Shown one piece after another: positions 23,097-32,000 of a stretch of DNA of 36,871 nucleotides. The translations under genes were made by a program, and so were the position numbers. Position 1 is the stretch's first letter; every line of letters starts with the position of its first letter. The DNA comes from a virus. Taxonomy: Duplodnaviria; Caudoviricetes. Under the pieces are notes generated by a model. It did not search any database and had not been told where the DNA came from. It saw nothing but the letters and a program-made list of their open reading frames with translations. The stretch spans positions 1-36,871 of IMG/VR virus record IMGVR_UViG_3300037692_000098; one strand, given 5' to 3'.

Positions 23097-25966
23097 GCAG
23101 ACTCTCCATAGTTGTAGCCATAGGCGTAGCCATACCCTGACTCGATGATGATGAAAAGCTCGTGACCCTGCAACGAGGTATAGCCATCACGGACCGCTTC
23201 GACCTTAACCCACGCCGCCCCGGCCCCCAAGAACTCCGCATGGGTCAGGTCGTAGGACGCTCCGGTGACCCCGATGATCGTGTTGATGACCGCTCCGGCG
23301 GCATCCGTAAGCGTAATCGTCGTAGTCTGACCGGCCTCGGGGGCCACGTCCGCCGCGTCCCACGCGAGAATGATGGATTCTTCGTCGAGCCGGCTCCGGC
23401 GCGACCATGTGAGCGCCACAGGATCGGTTGCTTCACTATGGACAACCCCGAAGGCCGTCCCGTTGGCTTTCACGTTCGCCGGCCGGGACGGAAGATACGG
23501 TCGATCCATAGCGGTCACTTGGAGAAGCGTCGCGTCGGAGATGTCCAGCACGCCTTTGGAGGTCCGAGGCAGGACGTAGTAGTCGACGACTTCCGCGACA
23601 GATCGGGCCTGACCATCCATGTAGACTTGATCGGGATCGAGGAACCAGACCGGCGTCCCGATGGGCCACGCCTTCGGTATGGTGTCCAGAACGCCCCGTT
23701 CGATGCTGATGTTTGTCGCATCTACCGCCGTGACCAAGGCAAGCTCGATCTCGGTCTCGTCGCCGTCCCCGATGAGGATGAGATTGCCCGACCGAGGGTC
23801 GTGCCCCTGAGTGCGCGAAAGCGTATACGGGATGGTCGATGACACTTCCTGCGCCAAAGCCGTCTCGATAGTCGCGCGCGGGATGATGGTCTTCTCGCCG
23901 AGCGATCCGATGATGGTGTTTCCGGCCGCGTCCGTGATCTCGCCATAAAGCTCGTGGGACGCCGTGTCGGTCCCGGACTGCGCCGCGAGAACGCCGATGT
24001 AGACGGCCGGATAGACCAACAACTGGTCCGCGACATCCCCGCCGCCGAGATACCGCGCGGTCGTAAAATAGGACATCGTGTACCCGAATTGCGCCAAGGC
24101 CGGAGACGGGTTCTCGCTCGGGTCGATCCAAGAGGTCGGGCCGGGAATCGTGTACTGCGCCGTCGCCAGCGCGAAGATGTCTTCCACCAACGAGACCTTG
24201 ATCGAGGCGGCTCCCGGCTTCCCGTAGTCGACCGGGCCGACCCGCATGACGATGGACTCGACGTTATCCTCGGGCGACGCAACCTTGACGACATCGCCGG
24301 GAAGCAGGTCCCAATTCGCGCGGTCGGTTTCCACGTCGCAGGATGCCAGCGGGGCCGAGGCGACCCGGAGATCACGGTTCGCCACGAAGCTCGCAAGTTC
24401 GATGGTCCGGACGCCGTAGTAGTTGCGGCTGTCCGAGACTATGCCGCCCTGCATGGCGATGTTGCCAGTATCCTGAACGGTCAGGGACGTATTCTCTTCC
24501 GTCTCTGGGTCGGTCCACGAGACCACCAGTTCGTTGATCGTTTCGCCCCAGAGCTTCCGCTTGAAGTTCGTGATGTTGGCGTTGTCCGGAGTGATCCACC
24601 GCAGGATGTCCGGGTCGTAGTCGTTTCGGATGAGCTTGAGGGTAAGAAGCCCGGTGCGCGGATTGACGAAGAGCGCGCCTTCAATGTGGTTCAGAACTTC
24701 AGTCACGAAGGCTTCGATGTCCGTCTGTCGGGTCCAGATGATCGACAGCCCGAACCCTTCCCAGAACAGCGTGTGCGAAGCGGCCGTGAACGACGCGAGA
24801 TCGATAGCCGAAGGATCGGCTCCCATGCCCCACGTCGTGTTGATCAAGCTCTCGTAGATGATATGTGCAGGATTGCTGTCAAAAGCTCCCGCCATAGTCG
24901 GAAAGAGCGCGGAATTTACGGCATTCACGAACGCGGCAGTATTTGTCCCAGAGACTACCGGAACACCGTCACTCGGCGTGTTGTCGAGTTTGTACGTCGT
25001 GCCGCCTGCGAGATCGATGTTGAAGCCGTAACAGTCGACCTCCGTGCCCGCACCCACAGAAAACGATCCGCTCGTCTGATTCAAAAGATCGGCCATGGTC
25101 GCGGCAGCGGTATCGTCTGTCCCGGGGGTTGCCGCACCGTCCGTGATAAAGAGCATCACCCGTTTTTGGATCGCCGGCACGGAAAGCGTGGCGGTAAAGA
25201 ACGACATCGCCGCTATCGCTGCGAGGTTGAAATTCGTTGCCGACCCATCCGCAACGAGCGCGTTTACCCACGTGATCATCGCGTCGATATCACTGGGGCT
25301 GGCATTGAGTTTTTCTAAATATTCCGTGGTGTTCGACCAGCCGACAAAGCCGACATCAACCCGTGTACCACCGGCCTGCAAGAATGACTTAACACCCTGA
25401 AGGACCTCGGTAATCGCCGCCTTCGCCGTGGTGATCCGGTTGGACTGCGGAGGCCCCATGGACCCGGAAAGATCGAGCGCGAAAAGGATAGCACGGCCAT
25501 CGACATACTGGCCTCGGTAAATGCGGGCGTATTGGTCTTCCAACCCGAGCGAGGTCCGCGACACTCTCGCCCACGTCCCCTTGAGATACGGGGTGTTGGC
25601 TGACCAGTAAAAACCGCGACCTGAGCCGCTTCCACCGGTCATGAAGAAGTTCGCGATCCCCCGGTAGGCTGGCATGTCAGCCACCGAAAGCCCGAACTTA
25701 CTGGCGATCCAACTCGGTACGGTTTGCGTGACGTTGCCCGGCATGAAGGACACCGCGCCGCTAACGCCCCCTTCCTTTTGCTCGCCGCCGAAGATGTTCT
25801 CTTGGCTGATCGTGAAGGTGTTCTCGCCGGTTTGGTTTCCCGTCCAGACCTCTTTTTCTCCGACATAGATCGCCGACATGTTGTCGATTGGCCCGGCGCA
25901 AATGCCGAACTGCATCGACAGGTAGTATTGGGTGACCTGAGTTTCTGCCCCGCCTTTTTTACCCAC
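23093..25966 (-). CDS. Tail tip/central tail protein with vWA insertion
   Basis: MGKKGG start, PAYRG, NPAHIIYE, LKLIR.DY motifs; ALDLSGSM...FITDG MIDAS. Confidence 0.85.
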   Translation of the reverse strand: MGKKGGAETQVTQYYLSMQFGICAGPIDNMSAIYVGEKEVWTGNQTGENTFTISQENIFGGEQKEGGVSGAVSFMPGNVTQTVPSWIASKFGLSVADMPAYRGIANFFMTGGSGSGRGFYWSANTPYLKGTWARVSRTSLGLEDQYARIYRGQYVDGRAILFALDLSGSMGPPQSNRITTAKAAITEVLQGVKSFLQAGGTRVDVGFVGWSNTTEYLEKLNASPSDIDAMITWVNALVADGSATNFNLAAIAAMSFFTATLSVPAIQKRVMLFITDGAATPGTDDTAAATMADLLNQTSGSFSVGAGTEVDCYGFNIDLAGGTTYKLDNTPSDGVPVVSGTNTAAFVNAVNSALFPTMAGAFDSNPAHIIYESLINTTWGMGADPSAIDLASFTAASHTLFWEGFGLSIIWTRQTDIEAFVTEVLNHIEGALFVNPRTGLLTLKLIRNDYDPDILRWITPDNANITNFKRKLWGETINELVVSWTDPETEENTSLTVQDTGNIAMQGGIVSDSRNYYGVRTIELASFVANRDLRVASAPLASCDVETDRANWDLLPGDVVKVASPEDNVESIVMRVGPVDYGKPGAASIKVSLVEDIFALATAQYTIPGPTSWIDPSENPSPALAQFGYTMSYFTTARYLGGGDVADQLLVYPAVYIGVLAAQSGTDTASHELYGEITDAAGNTIIGSLGEKTIIPRATIETALAQEVSSTIPYTLSRTQGHDPRSGNLILIGDGDETEIELALVTAVDATNISIERGVLDTIPKAWPIGTPVWFLDPDQVYMDGQARSVAEVVDYYVLPRTSKGVLDISDATLLQVTAMDRPYLPSRPANVKANGTAFGVVHSEATDPVALTWSRRSRLDEESIILAWDAADVAPEAGQTTTITLTDAAGAVINTIIGVTGASYDLTHAEFLGAGAAWVKVEAVRDGYTSLQGHELFIIIESGYGYAYGYNYGESA

Positions 25967-26159
25967 GGTCGTCGTCTTTCTCTACCGTGGCGATGACCCG
26001 CATGGCGTGCCCATCCCCGATCTCGCGCAGCCGTTCGATGTCGATCCCATCCTTCAGGAAGGCCCGAAAGTCGAGATCGTGCAGTTCGAACCACGTACGA
26101 ATCTTCGGCGCACAGTAGCCTGCCCGGCGGATATCGGTCACGGTCACGATCCGGCTCAT
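25959..26159 (-). CDS. Small tail-tip assembly protein
   Basis: DIR.AGYC....R.WF..H.LDF..FLK.GI motif; conserved position. Confidence 0.75.
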   Translation of the reverse strand: MSRIVTVTDIRRAGYCAPKIRTWFELHDLDFRAFLKDGIDIERLREIGDGHAMRVIATVEKDDDRG

Positions 26160-26455
26160 ACCTTGATCGTTTTCGTCTGCTTGCTCTTTTCCCCGTACCA
26201 TAGGATGTTCAACCCCTTGACCGTGACCGTGCCGAACACAACGGGAACGGGTCTCCCCGAATCGGCGGTCGGATCGTCCAAATCCGAAGCGGCCTGCGGT
26301 TTGTCCGCCTGCGTTTTCGGCATGATGAGATAGGACACAATCGAAAGCGCCAGCCCCACCAAAAGCCAAATCCACCACGCGCCGTGTTGGTCGCGAATGA
26401 ACCTGTGGAGAAGCCGATTGAATCGGCGCAATCGATGCTTCGTTTTCCAGCGCAT
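26156..26455 (-). CDS. Small tail-tip protein with hydrophobic segment
   Basis: PTA..GRPVPVVFGTV.VKG.N.LWYG motif; TGATG overlap. Confidence 0.75.
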   Translation of the reverse strand: MRWKTKHRLRRFNRLLHRFIRDQHGAWWIWLLVGLALSIVSYLIMPKTQADKPQAASDLDDPTADSGRPVPVVFGTVTVKGLNILWYGEKSKQTKTIKV

Positions 26456-27324
26456 CAGTAGAACTCGCTGCTCGCGGATTTGATCGGGTTCTTGGTGGGT
26501 ATCCACTTGCACCCACCGTAGTTCTGGCCGTTGTTGTGGAGGTTGGTGCAGTCGCCGACGCCATCTCCGGTAGGGCTGGTTTGGTGATTACACCCAAGGG
26601 TCACGTTGACGGTATCCCCGACCGCCAGATCGAGCAAGGCACCCGCGAGAGTGAGCGTATTGCCCGAAGTCTTCAGGATCATCCGCGTAACCGTTTCTCC
26701 GGCGGCGCTGGTCCAACTGAACTCGCCTTGCCGGTACTTCTCGGCCGAATGGGCGTTCCATCCCGGGGCGAGTGTCACGTCATACCCGGACACGGCCGTA
26801 ACTGTCCCCGTGACCGTCGCCGCCGCACGGCTCGCCCGGCAATCCGGGCCGTAGAGATAGTGCGGGCACGGAATTTGATAGAACCGCCGAAGCCCAGATC
26901 GACGAAGGCTCGTCGAGACCGGCTCGGCCGACATGACCCGCTCCGATCCATCACGCTCGTAGGAGAGTACCCGGCCTGCCCACGCGACCAAGAACTCGTT
27001 GTCGGGATCGTCGAGATGGCCCTGCCTGATCGTCAACGTGACTACGGCTGCTGGCGGGTAGTCCCGGAATATCTCGGACATCGACAGGTCTTTCGCCGCG
27101 CGGAGCGAGAGCGCCGATTTGTCGAGCGTCCCGGACGATTTCACGCTCTCTCGCGAGATCGGAACAGCCTTGTACACCTTATCGCCGTCACCGTCGTTGA
27201 AGGTGATGTCGTTTTCGGCGTTCGTGTAGGCGTAGTAGGACCCCGCCTGAGAGCCGTACCGAAACAGATAAAGCTCCACCGGTTGTCCGGAATAGCGACT
27301 GGTTTCCTTGTCGGCAAAGGCCAT
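26455..27324 (-). CDS. DUF2163/BR0599-family tail hub protein
   Basis: PVELY.F, C.H.LY...C, GC.H...C...N..NYGG...IP..NP. Confidence 0.85.
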   Translation of the reverse strand: MAFADKETSRYSGQPVELYLFRYGSQAGSYYAYTNAENDITFNDGDGDKVYKAVPISRESVKSSGTLDKSALSLRAAKDLSMSEIFRDYPPAAVVTLTIRQGHLDDPDNEFLVAWAGRVLSYERDGSERVMSAEPVSTSLRRSGLRRFYQIPCPHYLYGPDCRASRAAATVTGTVTAVSGYDVTLAPGWNAHSAEKYRQGEFSWTSAAGETVTRMILKTSGNTLTLAGALLDLAVGDTVNVTLGCNHQTSPTGDGVGDCTNLHNNGQNYGGCKWIPTKNPIKSASSEFY

Positions 27325-27328
27325 GAGT

Positions 27329-28678
27329 TCACTCGGCGGCTAAGGCTTCCAGCGTCCGAAACGCCAGAGCGAATTGAGCGACCCCCGCCGTTTCCCACTG
27401 GATGGTGAGCGTGTCGGAAGCCAGACGACAGACCGGAAGATAGCTCACATAAGCGATGTCTTCCGGGGCCATCGTTGTAGACCAATTGTTGGCACAGTTG
27501 AAGACCGAATCCGAGCCCGACAACACCACGTTGCTGATCGTGTTGGCCTCATAGCTCCCGTTCTTCAGCTTGACGAACACGGCTTTGTTGACCTCTCGGG
27601 AACTCGTTCGATCCCCCAGAGCGTACACCCCGTAGTCGTGCGGGCCGGCGGTCTTCAGCGTCTTCGTGCCAACCGTTAGGTTGGCGATAGGCACGAGATC
27701 GGCCAGCCCGGTAGGCGTGTAGAACTCTCCCTGCATGCCCTTCATGCGCCGGAAGAAGTCGACGACCTCTTTGACCTCGGTCTGAGATCGACCGAGATAC
27801 GTGCCGCGCCAATTCCGGTACATGAAGGTCGAAAGCGAGAACAACGCAACGCGGCCTTGGTCGTAATCGACGAACTCCCGGCTCGATCCGAAATCGAGAT
27901 TGACCGTGCTTTTCCAGTTGGGGGACTTCAGGAAAAGCTCCCGGCCGTTGAACGTGTCCGTGGCCGCCGGGGGATCGGGGTAGTAGAGCGACCCCGGATC
28001 GACGTTCAGCGTGACATCGCCGATTGCCACGCCACGCGCAGCCATACCCAGCTTCGTCCCGACATCGATCCGGCAGGCTTCCGTCGGTCGCAACCGCGCG
28101 CCGGCTGGATATGTCGCGCCGACAACGCCGTACGTCGTGACCGTCGAGCCTGCCACGCTCTTGACCTTAACCAGCGCCCGGACCCCGTTGTTGTACGAAA
28201 GCTGGCATACCGCGTCTGCGACCAACCAGTCCGGGACACTCGACACGTCGAAGGTGTTTCCACCGGCCGTCAGATCGCTTTCCGTGTACACCGAGACCAA
28301 GGGATTGGCCGCGTACGTGATCTGGTCGAACCGGTCAGTGATGAACCGCTGGGCCGCCCGGAAGTCGTCACGGACCGACATGGCCTTGTAGGACCACGAC
28401 TTGCGCGGATTGGTCCGTCGCGCGCGGCGTTGTTCGGTCAAGCTGCGGAACGTGATGATGTCGGTCTTGAACTCGTAGACCTCTTCGACCTCGTTCTTCC
28501 AGTTCGGGACAATCGGCCAGCGTAGCCCGTTATCGAACGAGAGTTCCGGTGACGCGACAATCGCCGTCGAACCTACCGGTGCCGTCGCGAGCAAGTTGTA
28601 GACGATGACGTAGGCCGGGCTCCCGACAACCGCCGCGCTGCCCGTGACGTCCCCCGTCGAGAGTGATGCATCTGTCAT
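27329..28678 (-). CDS. Distal tail/virion structural protein
   Basis: PNW....E..EF.T.I....EQR...R..PR and G....FY.P motifs; position after tape measure. Confidence 0.75.
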   Translation of the reverse strand: MTDASLSTGDVTGSAAVVGSPAYVIVYNLLATAPVGSTAIVASPELSFDNGLRWPIVPNWKNEVEEVYEFKTDIITFRSLTEQRRARRTNPRKSWSYKAMSVRDDFRAAQRFITDRFDQITYAANPLVSVYTESDLTAGGNTFDVSSVPDWLVADAVCQLSYNNGVRALVKVKSVAGSTVTTYGVVGATYPAGARLRPTEACRIDVGTKLGMAARGVAIGDVTLNVDPGSLYYPDPPAATDTFNGRELFLKSPNWKSTVNLDFGSSREFVDYDQGRVALFSLSTFMYRNWRGTYLGRSQTEVKEVVDFFRRMKGMQGEFYTPTGLADLVPIANLTVGTKTLKTAGPHDYGVYALGDRTSSREVNKAVFVKLKNGSYEANTISNVVLSGSDSVFNCANNWSTTMAPEDIAYVSYLPVCRLASDTLTIQWETAGVAQFALAFRTLEALAAE

Positions 28679-28687
28679 GCGCTATCC

Positions 28688-29059
28688 TCACGCGGGAGCC
28701 GGCAAGCGAATGTCGAATGCCGGCAGCGAGAAGGTCTGCCCGGCGGTCACTGCGACCAACGCGTCGAGTGAGTTTGCGACCAAAAGCCTCGAATTGACCG
28801 TATCGGCGATGGCGTAGTGCGTGGCGTTCCCGGAGGACGAGATCGCCCCGGTTCCGGTAATGGCAGCCACGGTCACCTTTCGCCCGTCGGGTGTGGCGGC
28901 CGCCGGAGCGCCGATAGACGGAGTGGCGGTTCCCAAGCTCACCGCCGCGATCCCGGCGTATGTGGTCGGCTGGGCCGTACAAATGTGGAGGATGTTCGCC
29001 TCGGTATCGAGGGCGTTCAAGCCTGCGTCGTAGACCCGATCTCCGAAAAATGCGCTCAT
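28688..29059 (-). CDS. Small virion structural protein
   Basis: ATGA overlap; Ala/Thr-rich beta protein (GRKVTVAAI...G.ATHYA). Confidence 0.75.
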   Translation of the reverse strand: MSAFFGDRVYDAGLNALDTEANILHICTAQPTTYAGIAAVSLGTATPSIGAPAAATPDGRKVTVAAITGTGAISSSGNATHYAIADTVNSRLLVANSLDALVAVTAGQTFSLPAFDIRLPAPA

Positions 29060-32000
29060 GGATTCATCGCCTGTTTGACTGCGGCCGGGTTCGCCCTGAC
29101 CCAATTGAGGAAAGCCCGCTCACCGACCTTGGAGTTCAACGCCTCTTCGATGAAGCTCCCCGTGTCGAAGGCATTCACGATCTTGAGGCCCATCGACGCC
29201 GGGTCGCTCTTCGCGCCGCCCGCCGCCGCGCCGCCGTTGAGGATATTGCGCGGATCGGATGTCGACAACACTTCTTCGTTGTTCTTCAGGATGTACGGAA
29301 CTTCGCCCGGCTGAAGACCGGCGATGCCGCCGCCATGGAGCCGTGCGGCGTTCATGAAGATCATTGGGTCGACTGTTCGTCGTTCGGACGATCCACGCCC
29401 TACGACCGCGCCAGTGTGGGCAATACCAACGCCACCGACGCCACCGAGCCCGAAGCTCCGCAGCGCATTGAGGATGGCCTGCTGAATGATCATCTGGGCG
29501 ATTTGCCGTAGGAAGTCGGCCGCGAACTTGAGGAACGCGTCGCGGGCCGCCTCACCGATGTTCTGCCCTTCAGCCACGGCCTGTGCGAACTGGTCGAACG
29601 CGCTCGTCAACCCCGAGGCGAACAACTGCCCAACCCGGCTCCAATCCAAGAACGCCGTTTGCGCCGTCGTGTGCATCTTGACTTTGAGCGTGTCGAGCTT
29701 CGTCAGTGCGACATCGGCCTGCGACCCGCCAATCGCCTGCCACATTCCCTCAGCCTTGGTGATGGCTTCAGTCAGCTTGGCGTTAACGTCCTCAAGCTGC
29801 GCGCCCAACTCCTGCACGCGGCCATCGTCGCCCGCCTTCCGGGCGTCATTGATCTCTTTGATCAACGCCTGCTGCTGGGAATAATAGGCGTTCGCCTGCG
29901 ACAGCGCCTCATTGGCCTGCTGGATTTCGGACTTCTGGTCCGTGACCTGCTGCTTCGAATCGTAGAGCTTCCCGGTGATCTCCCGGATCGTCTCAAGCTC
30001 TTGCTTGGTCAACTCGTGCCCAGCCGCGCGGGCCTTCTGGGTCTCTTCGAAGATCGCCTTCTGGATCGTGGCCTCGCGGGTCATCTTCCCGGCGTTCTCG
30101 GCCTCTTGCTGCTGGATCGAGAGACGGTTTTGCAGGTCTTCGGTGTACTTCTGATCGGCCTCGATCTGCTTTTCGATGCTGCCGGTGGACGAGAAGACCC
30201 CGGCTTCGAGGTTCCGCCGGTTCTGGTTGATCCCGCCGTTGTCCCGGCCGAGCGCCTGAATAGCCTTGGTGATGACCTCGTTGCTGCCTGACTGGAAAGC
30301 TTTGACGATCCGGTCGGGCAAAGACCCGTAGTTGTACGAAATGCTCGCCAGTGCGCCTTGCTGCTGCGGCGTAAGCTGGTTGAAGGTATCGGCCCCGATC
30401 TTCCCGGAGATTTCGCTGAAGATGTCCTCGATCCGGCGGTTGAGATCGCGGTTCGCGTCCTGAACACTGACGCGCATGCCGTCGACGACCTTTTGGATCG
30501 AGCCGTCGGCGAGCGTGACCGTATCGGACGAAAATCCGACCCGTGGCCGCCCATCGGTGTCCGTGAACGTCGTAGCTTGGAAACCCTCGGTCTGCATGAT
30601 GAGTTTCTTGGCTACGTCTCGACCGGTGCCCAACCCGCCGAAAGCTTTGTCCGCTTCCTGCTGGTAGAGTTGGCTCAGCGAGTTGTTGTACGCGGTCGTG
30701 GCCGCGTTCACTTCGCCCATGGACGACGCGAGTTTCACGGCCGCCTCATAGGCCGCCTCAAGTTTCACCCGCGCCTTGTCCAGCGTCGAACTCAAGTTGC
30801 TGTCGAGATCGGGGACGATCCCATTCAACGCATCCAGCGCCTCTTGGAACTGCTGGGCTTTCTTCGTCGCGGCGTCGAGCGCTTCAGCCGCCTTGTCCGA
30901 TCCGTCCGACAGCCCGAGGACAGCCTTGGCGGCCTCGTCGGTCGGGTCCTTGAACAAAGCAAGAACAGCTTCGGCTTCCCTGACGTTCTTCTCGACCTCG
31001 GCCGCGCTATCCGCGACCGCCAAAAGCTGCAAGGCTACGCCACGATCCAACTTCGGATCGGCCTGCGCGAGCGCGTCGATTTCTTCCTTGAAGCTCTCGG
31101 CGGAGATTTGACCGGCCTTGAACAAGCCGACCAAAATCTCGATCTGCTTGGTCGTGCCGGCCGTGTCGACGCCAAACACGTCCACCGGAGCTTTCGCCTG
31201 CGACCGAATTTGGTTCAGCGCATCGCGGAGCTTCTGAAGATTGGCGATAGCCTGCGTGGTGCTGCCACGGGCGATCTCGTCGGCCCAGTTGCCCGCCTCT
31301 CCGGCCGCCGCGTCATAGGCGTTCTTGACGGCATCGACCATCTTCCGATGCTCGTCCATGGCCACCGTAGCTTCGTCCGCCTGAGTTACCCACAGGCCGA
31401 TAGCTATCGAGATCGCCGTGATCGCCAGACCGATACCCGTAGACGACAACAACGCCCGGAGAGCGAGCGTCAGTCCACGGAACGCCGTCGTCGCGAGCCC
31501 GACTGACACTGCCGCGCCTTCGGACGACGCCGCCGTGGCGATCATCGCCGCGCGCGTGGCGGCCATGATCGTCCCGACCCGCTGCATCCGCGTAGTGAGT
31601 TGAACGAAACCGCCGGCAAGCGCGATGAGCAAGGGCGCGAGCTTGATACCGATGAAGGCCGAGGCCGCCACGACCAAGAGCTTGAAGTTCTGAACCGCCA
31701 ACCCGATGGCGCTGGTGAGTACGCCGAACCCTTGTGAGATGCGCCCCGCGAACGTCTGGAAATCAACGTCACGCAGGAGCGCTGTAAGGTCGCGCAATAG
31801 GTTGGTGAAGGCTTCGAGGAACCCGGCGTTACCGAAGGCCAACAACGCCTCGAACGCAGCGTTTTGGAACTGCCCGAGCGCCGTGATCGTGGTCTTCAAA
31901 GCTTCCGGCAACGTCGCCTTGAACCGACGATCCAACTCATCCGCGAAGTTGACCAGCGCATCACTGCTGATCCGGCCGTTCTCAATGTCTTTGTAGAACT

